From the NCBI GenBank assembly GCA_965203805.1, contig OZ241917.1:1248001-1312000 (forward strand): a stretch of 64,000 bases of DNA, read 5' to 3'. The stretch is from Candidatus Latescibacterota bacterium (GTDB lineage Bacteria; Latescibacterota; UBA2968; GCA-2709665). The position numbers and the translations under genes were made by a program. Below the pieces are notes generated by a model, which worked only from the letters and a program-made list of their open reading frames with translations, was not told the origin of the DNA and made no database searches. How positions within the stretch are numbered: the stretch's first letter is position 1; each line of letters opens with the position of its first letter. Positions 40,810 to 52,300 of the stretch are shown here, piece by piece.

Positions 40810-41376
40810 ATGCCGGAAAAGACGGAAATACAGCCTCGATTCCTGGCGTTCCTGCGGGGCATCAACGTGGGCGGGAAGAACATCGTACCCAAAGACGCGC
40901 TCCGCGAGTGCTTCGAGTCCCTGGGATTCCGTAGCGCCCGCACCTACATCCAGAGCGGCAATATCCTCTTCCGGTCCGCCGAAACCGACGTTACCGCACT
41001 GACGGACGAGATCGAAATTGCGCTTTCGGTCAGATTCTCGTACGATGCCCGCGCCGTCGTCCTGTCCCGCGAATCATTTCGAACCGCGGTCGACTCGGCC
41101 CCGGAGGATTGGGGGCGCGACGACGCCCGGATGCACCACGCGCTCTTCACGATGGCGGGAATCACCTCCGAACGGATTATCTCCGGGCTTCGGTCGCCGA
41201 AACCGGAATGGGAAACCGTTACCGCCGGTCCCGGGGTGATCTTCTGGTCGGTGTCCAGGGCGCACGCGACCCGGGCGACCTGGGTGAAGCTGCCGGCGTC
41301 GCCGGAATACAAGCAGATCACCGCCCGAAATCACAATACGGTATTCAGACTCAGGGAACTCTTCGAGGAGATATAG
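40810..41376 (+). CDS. DUF1697 family protein
   Basis: FLRGINVGG, TYIQSGN, TARNHNT. Confidence 0.9.
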   Translation: MPEKTEIQPRFLAFLRGINVGGKNIVPKDALRECFESLGFRSARTYIQSGNILFRSAETDVTALTDEIEIALSVRFSYDARAVVLSRESFRTAVDSAPEDWGRDDARMHHALFTMAGITSERIISGLRSPKPEWETVTAGPGVIFWSVSRAHATRATWVKLPASPEYKQITARNHNTVFRLRELFEEI

Positions 41377-41380
41377 CCGA

Positions 41381-41710
41381 ATGGCCGGTGACGGGAAACT
41401 CATCCCGCGGATACGATCGATTCTGTCTCAGGAGGAGGGATTCTCCGAGAGAAGGATGTTCGGGGGCGTCTGCTTCATGATCCACGGGAACATGTGCGCC
41501 GGGACGTGGAAGGGTTCGCTGATCGTCCGCCTCGACAGGGCCGATCACGATGAGACGCTTGCGGAGCCGCACACGAAGGCGTTCGACGTCGCGGGTCGGG
41601 TCATGAGAGGATGGGCGATGGTAGGGCCGCCCGCGATCGAATCGGATGAGGGTCTTGAGGAATGGGTGTACAGGGCGGCTGATTACGTCCGGTCGCTTCC
41701 GGCGAAATGA
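41381..41710 (+). CDS. TfoX N-terminal domain protein
   Basis: RRMFGGVCFMIHGNM, MRGWAMV. Confidence 0.85.
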   Translation: MAGDGKLIPRIRSILSQEEGFSERRMFGGVCFMIHGNMCAGTWKGSLIVRLDRADHDETLAEPHTKAFDVAGRVMRGWAMVGPPAIESDEGLEEWVYRAADYVRSLPAK

Positions 41711-41750
41711 AGAGGCCGGCATCAAACGGAAACGGCGGCGCTCTGCTCCC

Positions 41751-42068
41751 CTATTGCAACGGTGAGAAGGAGGTTGGGATGAGGACGTGGGAGAAGACCT
41801 CATCCACGATGGGCCCGTTGGCTTCGGTCCGTTCCCTGGCCGCGATCCATTCGGGGTCCGCGCGGAATGCATCCCACGCCGTCTCCATCGCCTCTTCGCT
41901 TTCGAATGCGCAGAGGTAGATGAGTTCGCTGGCATCCTTTCGAGTCCAGAAACCGACGACTTTGATTCCGTGCCGGTCAAAGATGCCAAACGTGGTATTA
42001 TTGAACCGGTCGAGGATGTCCGGCATCCGGCCTTCGGGGATGCGGTAGGTACGGTGTTCGTAGATCAT
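41751..42068 (-). CDS. NIPSNAP family protein
   Basis: IYEHRTY, AWDAFRADPEW, LIPTSFSP. Confidence 0.9.
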   Translation of the reverse strand: MIYEHRTYRIPEGRMPDILDRFNNTTFGIFDRHGIKVVGFWTRKDASELIYLCAFESEEAMETAWDAFRADPEWIAARERTEANGPIVDEVFSHVLIPTSFSPLQ

Positions 42069-42257
42069 CGGGCTTCTCCCTGGTGTGCAGGATCGTGATA
42101 AGTGGAGCATTCGGTCGGGCTGCGCCGCGGCATGGTAACAAGAAACAAGGCGGATGGAAAGGGCGGGGTTACCCGGTCGTCGTACATCGGCGGAACGCGG
42201 AAGACCGTCGATTCAATGCCAGGCAGTCGAGTACATGCCTGAGAGGATTAAGGAAAC

Positions 42258-43766
42258 GTGAGTACTGACAAACGCGGGGGAATCTGCTTCCGCGTGGACG
42301 ACAACAAACCGACACGACAGTGGATTGAGTTCGCGGACCTATTCAACCGGCACGGGCTGAAGTTCTGCGCCGCACTCTGTCCGGGAAGAATGGCGGGCGA
42401 CGAAACCTACGTAAGTCTCGTCCGGACGCTACAGGACCAGGGGCACGAAATCATGGACCACACGCCCCTTCACAGCGTCGACAAGATCCCGCTCCCCAGC
42501 GTCGCGGATGCGGATGCCTGGCGTATAAAACCGGGCGTCGACCACGTGGATGACACGCTCGTCTACCTGACCTACGCCGGAATTGACTCTGCCTCGCTTC
42601 CGGAGGGTCGCGCAGATATCTCGGGCAACCTGATGAAAGGACGTACGCCACGCGACCTTGCCGACACCAACCAGACGAGGTTCATCGCCGTCTACTTTCC
42701 GTGTATCGGACGCGTATTCCGGTTCAGGCAGATGGAGCATTCGGGCGATACTGCCCTGGCGTTGCGCAGCTTCTGGGACGAAGACAACGTCGATCTGGGA
42801 GAACTTCGGGATATCGCCTACCACAAGCTTGGCAAATCCGACGTTCGGATGACACTGGCTGCCCGCAGGCTCCTGGCCGAATCGTCGCTGAGGCTGTTCG
42901 ACGAGCTTGGCCTCGATCGACCCTATACGTGGATTCAGCCGGGGTCCGGCGGGTGTTCCGACTTCTGGCGCGGGGATGTCAAGGAATGTCTCGGAGATCT
43001 GTACGGATACGCGGCCGCGGCAACCTACCCGGACCGGTCCCACAAATGCTACAACGAGGCTGATCCGAGTGCCGACAAATGCTTCGGCATGCAGTGGGGA
43101 AACTTCGACGACGAGGCACAGGACCTGAATTGGAACCTGAAACGAATTGCGGACGGAATCGCCAGGCGCCATATTCTGATCGGCCACAGCCACTTCTGGG
43201 AGCACGCGATGCCGGATGGCTGGCAAGGCTACCTTGATCGGGTCGACGGAATCCTGTCCTGGTGCAGGCGCAACCACGTCCCTGTCAGGACCTATACGGA
43301 GTGGGCGGAGGTCCTCTATAACGTGAGAACGGACCCCAAAGTGAATGTGTTTCCCAATCTCGGCGTCGACCTGGATGCGGACTGTATACCGGACGGATAC
43401 GATGTGTTGTCGGCGAAACGGGTCCGAAACGAGGGCGCTCCCGATGGCCCGCCTGTCTATCTGGCGGTACGGGATGCCGGGCCGATCTGCAAAGTGGAGA
43501 GATTGGGCGGACTCGAAAAAGGCGCGAATACTTTCTCGGTCCGGACGTTCGGGCAGCCGGGCGACGCCATTGAGGCGACGTTCAGGTTCTTCGAAGTCGG
43601 ATCGATTGAGAAGCACGTGTTTTCAGTGGCAGGCCCCGAATGGACCGAACAATCCGCGACTCTCGAGGTGCCGCCGGAAGCATCTCTGGTGAATGTCTCC
43701 ATCGAGTGCACCCGTACCGGCGGCGGCTTGAAGTTAGGCGGGATGCGATTGAGCGCGTCCGAATGA
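42258..43766 (+). CDS. Polysaccharide deacetylase-like (NodB fold) protein with C-terminal beta-sandwich
   Basis: FRVDD and GHEIMDHTPLH metal motifs. Confidence 0.6.
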   Translation: MSTDKRGGICFRVDDNKPTRQWIEFADLFNRHGLKFCAALCPGRMAGDETYVSLVRTLQDQGHEIMDHTPLHSVDKIPLPSVADADAWRIKPGVDHVDDTLVYLTYAGIDSASLPEGRADISGNLMKGRTPRDLADTNQTRFIAVYFPCIGRVFRFRQMEHSGDTALALRSFWDEDNVDLGELRDIAYHKLGKSDVRMTLAARRLLAESSLRLFDELGLDRPYTWIQPGSGGCSDFWRGDVKECLGDLYGYAAAATYPDRSHKCYNEADPSADKCFGMQWGNFDDEAQDLNWNLKRIADGIARRHILIGHSHFWEHAMPDGWQGYLDRVDGILSWCRRNHVPVRTYTEWAEVLYNVRTDPKVNVFPNLGVDLDADCIPDGYDVLSAKRVRNEGAPDGPPVYLAVRDAGPICKVERLGGLEKGANTFSVRTFGQPGDAIEATFRFFEVGSIEKHVFSVAGPEWTEQSATLEVPPEASLVNVSIECTRTGGGLKLGGMRLSASE

Positions 43767-43860
43767 AATCCAGAACTTCAGAATGAACGCCGGTCCGTCG
43801 CAAGCTCGGGCGTGTCGGACGAAATTAAAAAACGCCGTATCTACCGAACAGGAGCGATTG

Positions 43861-45000
43861 ATGTCCACAACGACCGATGCCTTTGATCTGCTGATTACGG
43901 CCGGCCGCGTCTTCTGCGCCGAGACCGGCCTGGACGGACCGGGCGCCGTGGCCGTACGCGGCGACCGCATCGTCGCCTCGGGCCCTGACCTGCAGGGGAG
44001 TGCGGCGCGGACTCTCGAGTACCCCGACGCCCTGCTTCTGCCGGGGCTGGTGGATATGCACGCGCACCCGTCCCGGGGCGGCTCGCGGTTCGGCGTCGAT
44101 CCCGACGCGCACTTTCTTCCGTGCGGGGTCACCACCTGCATGTCGCAGGGCGACGCGGGCGCCCTCAACTGGCCTGCCTATCGGGAGGAGGTCGTCCGTG
44201 GATGCCGCACCCGGGTGAGGCTGGCCCTCCACCTCTCGAAAACCGGTGAAACGCCGCCGGATCACTGCTTCGAGCAGCTCGAAAACGCCGACGTCGGCGT
44301 CTGTGCGGATACCGTCGCCGCAGCCGGAGACGAAATCTGGGGGATCGCGTTCAACACCGTACTTGAACCCAGGCTTGAACACGACCCGAAAGAGATCATG
44401 CGCCGCGGGATCGAAGCCGCCGAGCGAAGCGGGCGCCCCATCCTCTACGGCCCGCGCTTCAACGTGGATTTTCCGCTCACGGAACAGCTGGCGTGCCTGA
44501 GGGCGGGGGACGTTTTCACCTATACGTTCAGCCCCCGCCCGGACAATATCATCCAGGGCGGCAGGGTTCGGCGGGCCGTCCGGGAGGCCAGGGACCGGGG
44601 GATCCTCTTCGACGGATGCCACGGGGCGCAGTCTTTCAGTTTCGCCCACGCGGAGCCGGCCATCGCGGAGGGATTCTACCCCGACACGATTTCCACCGAC
44701 CAGTACATCGCTCACGTCGGCGCCGATCCGCCGCATCACCTGCCCAGGACGATGTCGAAGTACATCGCCGCCGGCATGCCCGAAGCGGAAGTCTTCGCGC
44801 GGGCAACCGCACGCCCGGCGGAATTGCTGGGGCTGAAGGGTGAGGTGGGGACGCTGGCGCCGGGCGCGTGCGCCGACCTGGCCGTCCTGCAGTGGAACCC
44901 GGAGGGGCGGCTGCGCGACGTGCTGGACGTCGCGCGCCCCGGCGGGTCCTGGGAGCCGCTGGCCACCGTGAAATCGGGCGAGTTTGTGTCGACGGGATGA
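43861..45000 (+). CDS. Amidohydrolase (dihydroorotase-like / deacetylase family)
   Basis: PGLVDMHAH, GVTT...GDAG, PDTISTD, GTLAPGACADL. Confidence 0.85.
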   Translation: MSTTTDAFDLLITAGRVFCAETGLDGPGAVAVRGDRIVASGPDLQGSAARTLEYPDALLLPGLVDMHAHPSRGGSRFGVDPDAHFLPCGVTTCMSQGDAGALNWPAYREEVVRGCRTRVRLALHLSKTGETPPDHCFEQLENADVGVCADTVAAAGDEIWGIAFNTVLEPRLEHDPKEIMRRGIEAAERSGRPILYGPRFNVDFPLTEQLACLRAGDVFTYTFSPRPDNIIQGGRVRRAVREARDRGILFDGCHGAQSFSFAHAEPAIAEGFYPDTISTDQYIAHVGADPPHHLPRTMSKYIAAGMPEAEVFARATARPAELLGLKGEVGTLAPGACADLAVLQWNPEGRLRDVLDVARPGGSWEPLATVKSGEFVSTG

Positions 45001-45207
45001 ACTGGATGATTCAATATACTTCCCCGGTAAATATGCCGTTGAAGGGGATGATTGCCATGGCGAACGATACTGCCATAATTTTCATGTCGACGCTTGAATT
45101 TCACGCGGGCGCCAGATCCGGATTCGGTCTCTGCCTTCCATCCGAAAGCGAATTGTCGTGTCCACAAGACCCGCATGTCAAATCCTATCGAACGGAGGAA
45201 ACCCACT

Positions 45208-46158
45208 GTGAGTCAGGAAGTGATTATGATCGTCGGTTTTTTGCTCGGCGCCTATTCAATCGTAGGAAACGACGCGATCCAGACCCTCGGCACCTTTCTC
45301 AGTTCGAACGCGAGACGCCCGTGGTGGGTACTCTGGATCTTCGCCTGCAGTATTCTGGTGTTGGTACTCGCGTACGGATGGTGGTTCCACGACGACGTCT
45401 CCTACGGCAGGCTGGAGAAAATCCCCGAACCCGAACAGTGGACGTGGATCTACTGCGTCCCTCCGTTCGTTCTGCTCCTGCTGACCCGTTGGGGCATCCC
45501 GGTGAGCACCACGTTTCTGACCCTGACGATCTTCGCCCCGAAGGCACTGCCGAGCATGCTGATCAAATCGCTGGCCGGGTACGCGACCGCCTTCATTGCG
45601 GCCATCCTGATCTATCGATGGGTCACCCGCGGGCTCGAGTCCCGATTTCACAGAACGGAGGGTCCCACGAGCGGCTGGTGGGTCGTCGCGCAATGGTGTT
45701 CGACCGGTTTTCTATGGAGCCAATGGCTGATACAGGACCTGGCAAACATCTTCGTCTTCCTTCCACGCAGCCTCAGCGCGGAATGGTTCTTCTCGGCGGT
45801 CGTCGTCATGCTGGCCCTGCATGCCATTATCTTCTACAACCACGGTGGCGCAATCCAGAAGGTGGTCCTGACCAAGACGAACACCACCGACATACGGTCT
45901 GCCACATTCGTTGACCTGATCTACGGTATCGTACTGTTCCTGTTCAAGGAGGTATCCAAGCTTCCGATGAGTACAACGTGGGTCTTCGTCGGCCTTCTGG
46001 CAGGACGCGAGATCGCGGTCTCATGGAACCAGCGGCACCGGGGACGCAAGGAAGTGACGCGGCTGGTGGCGACGGATTTCGCCAAGATCACCGGCGGGCT
46101 GCTCGTCAGTATCGGCCTTGCCTACCTGCTGCCCAGACTGCAGGCGATGTTCGGTTGA
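45208..46158 (+). CDS. Multi-TM membrane protein, phosphate-permease (PiT/PHO4)-like
   Basis: GNDAIQTLGT, GIPVSTT, QDLAN, PMSTTW repeats. Confidence 0.7.
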   Translation: MSQEVIMIVGFLLGAYSIVGNDAIQTLGTFLSSNARRPWWVLWIFACSILVLVLAYGWWFHDDVSYGRLEKIPEPEQWTWIYCVPPFVLLLLTRWGIPVSTTFLTLTIFAPKALPSMLIKSLAGYATAFIAAILIYRWVTRGLESRFHRTEGPTSGWWVVAQWCSTGFLWSQWLIQDLANIFVFLPRSLSAEWFFSAVVVMLALHAIIFYNHGGAIQKVVLTKTNTTDIRSATFVDLIYGIVLFLFKEVSKLPMSTTWVFVGLLAGREIAVSWNQRHRGRKEVTRLVATDFAKITGGLLVSIGLAYLLPRLQAMFG

Positions 46159-46269
46159 CCGGCTGCCTGTGGATCCGGTAGCGGGAACGGAAGCGGGCAC
46201 GGTTCACGACGTCAGGATCGAAGCAGAACAGTCCCTTGGACGTCAACGCGGATTATTTACCCATCTTTA

Positions 46270-46285
46270 TCAAGATAAATCTTGA
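46270..46285. promoter_or_regulatory. Palindrome TCAAGAT-AA-ATCTTGA overlapping TTGACA upstream of the TA operon; candidate autoregulatory operator
   Basis: Perfect 7-bp arms about 50 bp before the antitoxin ATG. Confidence 0.45.
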
Positions 46286-46334
46286 CAGATTCAGCAAAAT
46301 GCCTCAATTTGACAAAAAAACGGGGTTCTGCGCT

Positions 46335-46562
46335 ATGAATTCGCCACGGGAAAAATTCTCGAGCCAGGTTGCACCGGAGTTGCTGGGCACGATGCGGGAG
46401 ATTGCCCGTGAGGAGGGGCGTCACTTCCAGGCGGTGTTGGAAGAGGCCATGCGGGAATACATCGACAACCGGACCCGGCAGAAGCTCCGCACCGAGGTCA
46501 TGGCCCATTTTCAGGCCAGCGTTGAGCGAAACCGCCGGCTGGGTGAAATGCTGGCCGGATGA
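46335..46562 (+). CDS. Putative antitoxin (ribbon-helix-helix-like)
   Basis: 75 aa, KFSSQV...LEEAMREYI; ATGA-coupled to the Doc toxin. Confidence 0.75.
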   Translation: MNSPREKFSSQVAPELLGTMREIAREEGRHFQAVLEEAMREYIDNRTRQKLRTEVMAHFQASVERNRRLGEMLAG

Positions 46563-46948
46563 CCCGTGACTTCCCCACCATACAGGAAGTCATCGTCATC
46601 CACGGCGTCCTGATCGAGACTTTTGGCGGGTCGCCCGGCATTCGAGACGAAGGCGCCCTCGCTTCGGCGCTGATGCGACCCCAGCTTGGGTACTACGACG
46701 GTCTGATCGAGCAGGCCGCCGCGCTCATGGAAAGCCTGGCAAACAACCATCCCTTTGTAGACGGGAACAAACGGGCGGCCTTCTTCGTCACCGACACCTT
46801 CCTGCGCATGAACGGCCGCTTCATCGATTGCGACGACGATGAGGCATACGCGTTTATCGTCGGGATGCTGGAGGCCGGTTCATTCCGGTTCGCCGAGTTG
46901 AATACGTGGCTTCAGGAAAAGGTCGTACCCCTGCCGGGTGTTGGATGA
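46559..46948 (+). CDS. doc: Doc/Fic family toxin
   Basis: GIRDEGAL, HPFVDGNKR motif. Confidence 0.9.
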   Translation: MTRDFPTIQEVIVIHGVLIETFGGSPGIRDEGALASALMRPQLGYYDGLIEQAAALMESLANNHPFVDGNKRAAFFVTDTFLRMNGRFIDCDDDEAYAFIVGMLEAGSFRFAELNTWLQEKVVPLPGVG

Positions 46949-47062
46949 GCGGTCGAGATACGGTATTTTACGGATAGATTACTGTTTTTTTGAAGTTGAA
47001 GGAATATTGATAAGGGCCGAAGAACGCCCTGCGGTCCGGGCAGACCATCCGGGAGATTCCAA

Positions 47063-48352
47063 ATGCAATACCAGGCACCGAGGACGGAAGCGCAGATAGA
47101 AGCCGCTTTCCGACAGGCCGCCGAACAGTACGCCGCCGTTGGCGTAGACGCGTCGGAAGCAGTTGAAAAGGCGCTGGATGTGCCCATCTCGCTTCACTGC
47201 TGGCAGGCCGACGACGTGGCGGGGTTCGAGACGAAGGATGAAGCCGTGGAAGGCGGCGGCATCATGGCCACCGGGAACTATCCGGGCAGGGCGCGAAACG
47301 GCGAGGAGCTTCGCGGCGACCTGAAGCAGGTCATCGGCCTGTTGCCCGGGCAGCACCGCGCGAACGTCCACGCGTCGTACGGCGACACGGGCGGCAGAGT
47401 CGTGGACCGGGACCGCCTGGAACCCGGACACTTCGCCGGGTGGATAGACTGGGCGAAAAAAAACGACGTCGGTCTGGACTTCAACCCCACGTATTTCGCC
47501 CATCCGAAGGCGAACGACGGGTACACCCTGGCCCATCCTGACAAGGATATCCGTGAATTCTGGATCCGGCACGGCGTGGCCAGCCGGCGAATCGCGGAGG
47601 CCATCGGCACCGCGCTGGAAGACGTTTGCGTGAACAACCACTGGATTCCCGACGGCGCCAAGGACCATCCCGCGGACCGACTCGGGCCCCGCGAACGCCT
47701 GGTGGCGTCGCTCGACGCCGTCCTGGACCCCGCCCTGGGCATCGGACCTGCGTGCGTGGACGCCGTGGAGGGCAAACTCTTCGGCCTGGGCGTGGAAGAC
47801 TACACGGTGGGCTCCAATGACTTCTACGCGAACTACGCCCTGTCGCGGGGCGCGGTTCTCTGCCTGGACATGGGCCATTTCCACCCCACGGAGTCCATCG
47901 CAGACAAGATCTCCGCACACCTCCCCTTCCACGAGAAACTGCTCATCCACACCAGCCGGCCCATCCGCTGGGACTCGGACCACGTCGTGCTGTTCGGCGA
48001 CGACGTGCGCAACGTCTTCCTGGAGATCGTGCGGTGCGGCGCGCTCGACCGCGTGTACGTGGCCCTGGATTTCTTCGACGCCAGCATCAACCGTGTCGGG
48101 GCCTACGTAATCGGAACACGCGCGACGCGGAAAGCCATCCTCTATGCGCTGCTGGATCCTACGGAAAATCTGAATGAACTAGAACGGGAAGGAAAACTGG
48201 CGCAGAAGCTCGGTCTGATGGAAGACATGAAAACCATGCCGTTTGCCGCCGTCTGGGACATGGCCTGCCTGGCATCCGGCGTCCCCCCCGGCACCGCGTG
48301 GATTCCCGAAATGGAAGCCTACGAAGAACAGGTTTTGTCAAAACGAGGCTAA
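47063..48352 (+). CDS. rhaA: L-rhamnose isomerase
   Basis: ISLHCWQADDVAGFE, ATGNYPGRARN, GHFHPTE, RWDSDHV, LDFFDASINR. Confidence 0.93.
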   Translation: MQYQAPRTEAQIEAAFRQAAEQYAAVGVDASEAVEKALDVPISLHCWQADDVAGFETKDEAVEGGGIMATGNYPGRARNGEELRGDLKQVIGLLPGQHRANVHASYGDTGGRVVDRDRLEPGHFAGWIDWAKKNDVGLDFNPTYFAHPKANDGYTLAHPDKDIREFWIRHGVASRRIAEAIGTALEDVCVNNHWIPDGAKDHPADRLGPRERLVASLDAVLDPALGIGPACVDAVEGKLFGLGVEDYTVGSNDFYANYALSRGAVLCLDMGHFHPTESIADKISAHLPFHEKLLIHTSRPIRWDSDHVVLFGDDVRNVFLEIVRCGALDRVYVALDFFDASINRVGAYVIGTRATRKAILYALLDPTENLNELEREGKLAQKLGLMEDMKTMPFAAVWDMACLASGVPPGTAWIPEMEAYEEQVLSKRG

Positions 48353-48472
48353 AGAAAAACGCGGATCGGTGTGCGTAACAACCCACACCGGTCCGCGTTC
48401 CCTATCGGCTTTGATTCTCTTGTGCACCCTACCGAATCAACCGGATATCCCACCGTTAGAATTACTTACCGC

Positions 48473-48646
48473 TCATTCCCAGTTTTGAAGTTCGTCGAGA
48501 TACGACCTGATCGCTTCGGCGACCAGGTTACGCACTTCATCCTCCGTTTCACCCGCCACGCCAATCCCCGGAAGTTCCGGCACATACGCCCCGTAGGACC
48601 GGGAGCCGTAATTCTCAATGATGACCAGATTCTCAGCCTGGGACAT
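48473..48646 (-). CDS. HicB-like antitoxin (57 aa, below the ORF-track cutoff), no HicA seen
   Basis: Manual translation MSQAENLVIIENYGSRSYGAYVPELPGIGVAGETEDEVRNLVAEAIRSYLDELQNWE. Confidence 0.8.
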   Translation of the reverse strand: MSQAENLVIIENYGSRSYGAYVPELPGIGVAGETEDEVRNLVAEAIRSYLDELQNWE

Positions 48647-48716
48647 CTTTATCCTCGCTGTCGGCCTCTCTCAATCCGGCCTGTTTGAGTACCAGACTCA
48701 GCCGGTGGTTCATTTA

Positions 48717-48923
48717 TCAAACCAAATCCTTAATAACCGCTACAGTACCACTGACTAATACTAATAGAGGATTTTCAATAAGTTCAACGGCTTCTTTTGC
48801 TGATGTGTGGTCATCACAAATCATAAAGAAAAACATAAGTGTTATTGCAAGATAGCCAAGGAAAAATAACACAAATACGTTAAGACGAAATTTCGATTTA
48901 GTTTCGGTATGTGTCTGTTCCAT
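48717..48923 (-). CDS. Small AT-rich 2-TM protein
   Basis: AGGAG RBS; two hydrophobic segments; composition differs from flanks. Confidence 0.55.
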   Translation of the reverse strand: MEQTHTETKSKFRLNVFVLFFLGYLAITLMFFFMICDDHTSAKEAVELIENPLLVLVSGTVAVIKDLV

Positions 48924-49388
48924 CTCTTCTCTCCTTTGACAACAATTGGCCTTGATTTGTCACTTTTGGGTGACGTTAAATCGAATATACGCAAGTTAAT
49001 AAAGGCGATTTGACGTCGGATTTCCAAGATACTTCAGGTCCCTGGATGTGAATGAACGGAAAAATGTCCGTTTCGACGACCTTTTCGGCCCAATTCGGAA
49101 GCATTTGTCGCGGCGCCGCGTTGCTGCTTTTGTTAAACTAAGGTTTTTGGCAGTATAAAGAAAAACGCCCTTGAAAACAAGGACGTTGATTTTTAATCAA
49201 TGTGTGACAAATAAGAGATTAAGTCACACCGACGACTTATTTGTTTAGGCGTCTCACGAACTCTTGAAACGACAGGCCCGGCGTTAAGCGTAGGAGGAGA
49301 AGGCTACCTGACCCCTGGGAGGCAGGAGAAGGATGGAGGCCAATGAGGGGTTGGCGCCAAAAAACATGAGCACACTTCTCGACCCACG

Positions 49389-52300
49389 TTACGTACCAAC
49401 CGGATCATAGGCGAGGTCGAATACCTTGTCAGTCATCCAGCGCTTGAAGCCCGGATTGTCCATGAACTGCTTGAACAGCTGGGTGTCGTCCTTCATCATC
49501 GCAGTCATCACTCGCACCAGAGCTGTATCGTGCTCGATCCGGGCATTCTGGCGGTCGGAGTTCTGCCGGGCGTTCTGGAACGCGGTGTCGGCAGCCACGC
49601 GGGCGGGAATGGTCTCTATGATGAGTTGCTCCACGCGGTCGCGATCTTCCCACTGAATATCACCAAAGTGTTCGTTGAAGTCCCGAAGTATGTTGGAAAG
49701 CCGATCCAATTCCAACTCCGGTTGATGTCCTCCGCCGGCCGTCGGTACCGGATCGATCTCTGCATCCTCGTCCGGCAACAGGATCTGTTGCATCGCCCGC
49801 TTCTCAACCCGGTAGCTGTCCAGATCGATCGCATCGAGGATCCCTTTGGAAAGGTCCTCCTCCTCGGGAGCGGGTAACTTCGGGACCAGGAAGTTGAGGA
49901 AAATCGAACGCTTTTCCCATTCCGCATTGTTGTAGTGAAGGATGGATGAAAGGAAGGCGTAGGTCCTCACGAAGGCCTTGGCCCTGCCCTTGAACGCGAC
50001 CTGGCCGTCTTCGTCCAGATCGCTTCGATAGACCGCAACACAAGCATCCAGGATGGGATCGAGACGGTCGCGTTCGGCCCCTTCCAGGTAGAGCCGCACA
50101 AAATCCTCGATCTGCATATCCGAATAGACCTGTGCGCCGTCCAGGTCCGCCTGCAGGTCGTGGAGCTTGTTCGGGTCGGTCTCGTCGGCCAGAATCGTCG
50201 TCCGGTAGAAGTCAGCGAACGCATCGCGGATGGTGTCCGTATCGTTGAGAAAATCAAGTACGAACACATCGTGCTTCTGCGGCTGAGCGCGGTTCAGGCG
50301 GGAAAGCGTCTGCACGGCCTTGATGCCGGACAGCGTCTTATCCACGTACATCGTGTGCAGCAGGGGCTCGTCGTACCCGGTCTGAAACTTGTCCGCGCAG
50401 ACCAGGAACCGGTAAGGGTCCTCCCGGAATCGCCCGGCGATCTGCGATGAGGGCAGGCCGTTCAAAGACGCCTCGCTGACTTTGGCGCCGCCGTATTCGT
50501 GCTCTCCTGAGAAAGCGACCAGGACCTGGTACTGGCTTTTCCGCTCCTTGAGATAGGTACGGATGGCGTGATAGTACTGAATCGCGCGCGCAATGCCGTT
50601 TGTGACCACCATTGCCCGCGCCGATCCGCCGATCTTTCCCTGCTTCAACACCTGGTCGTGGAAATGGTCGACCATGATCTCGGCCTTGAGGCGAATCGCG
50701 TGGTCGCTTCCTTCCACGAACCGGCGCAGCTTCCTTTGCGCCTTACGCACGTCGAACTCAGGATCGTCTTCAACCGTCTTGGCGAGCTTGTAGTAGCTGT
50801 TCACCGGCGTGTAGCGGGCGAGAACGTCGAGGATGAATCCTTCCTGAATGGCCTGCTTCATGGTGTAGCTATGAAAGGCCCGATGGCTCACCGTTCCGTC
50901 GGGCTGCGGGTCCGGCGCGCCGAAAATCTCGAGCGTCTTGTTCTTGGGTGTGGCGGTAAACGCGAAATAGCTGGCGTTGGGAAGCAGTTTCCGCGACTCC
51001 ATCAGGCGGTTAATCCGGTCTTCGAAGGTATCCTGATCGTCATCTTCTCCCGCTTCCGAAAGCGCCTGCGCCATGGCCGCGCTGGTGCGCCCCCCCTGGC
51101 TTGAATGGGCTTCGTCGATAATGATGGCGAAGCGTTTGCCCCGTTGCTCGTTGCCGATCTCGTCCAGGATGAACGGAAATTTCTGGACCGTGGAAATGAT
51201 GATCTTCTTTCCGCTTTCGATGAAGCGGCGCAGATCTCCCGAGGCGTCGGCGTGTCCTACCGTCGCCGCCACCTGGGCGTACTGTTTGATCGTGTCGCGG
51301 ATCTGCCGGTCCAGGATGAGCCTGTCCGTGACGACGATGATCGAGTCGAAAACAGGAGCGTCATCCTTCTCCAGGCCGATCAACTGGTGGGCAAGCCAGG
51401 CGATTGAGTTGCTCTTCCCACTGCCGGCGGAATGCTGGATCAGGTAGCGCTGTCCGGCGCCTCGTGCGCCCGAATCTTCCAGCAGCCGGCGAACCACGTC
51501 GAGTTGATGGAAACGCGGCCAGACCTGCGTCCTCCGGTTCTTACCGCTCTTCTCATCCTTCGACTCCACCACTTGCGCGTAGTTCTCAAGGATGTTGGCG
51601 AGACTCTCACGCGTGAGGACATCCCGCCACAGGTAGGCGACCGCGAGACCCTCCGGGTTGGGCGGATTGCCCGCGCCGTCGTTCCAGCCACGGTTAAAGG
51701 GAAGAAACCACGAAGCCTTCCCCTTCAGGTGGGTGCAAAAACGCACCTCACGCTCGTCCAACGCGAAGTGCGCGATACACCGCCCGAAGCCAAACAGCTT
51801 TTCTCGCGGATTCCGGTCTTTTCGGTACTGCCAGACCGCATCGTCCACCGTCTGTTTGGTCAGGCTGTTTTTCAATTCGAACGTGAACACGGGCAGCCCG
51901 TTGATGAAGAGCCCGATGTCCAGCGCCCGTTGCGCCTCGTCCCGGCTGTAGCGAAGCTGGCGGGTGACCGTGAAGCGGTTTTGTTCGAAGCGTTCCTGTG
52001 CGTTCGGGTTGTCCGGCGAAGGCGTACCGTAAAACAGATCCAGGTACAGCGGTCCGTGCTTGATCCCGTTGCGCAGCATGTCGATCGTACCGCGCTTGTT
52101 GATCTCGCCCTGTAGCCGACTCAAAAACGCGCGCCGGGTCGGTCCGTCCTTGGAAAACGATAGCGACTCGACGGCCTTGGGTTGCGTGTTCCGCAAGAAC
52201 GCCGACAATTGGACCAGATCGACGCAGTACTCCTGATCGTAATCGTGGGGATTGCCGCAACTCCAGCCAACGCCCCCATAACCGGCAGGAGGCTCTGCCA

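Noticed and set aside
48263-48272. CCTGCCTG in rhaA, and CAGACAGG near 35259, as further palindromic elements
   Set aside because: Only half-sites with no complementary arm; they read as normal coding sequence.
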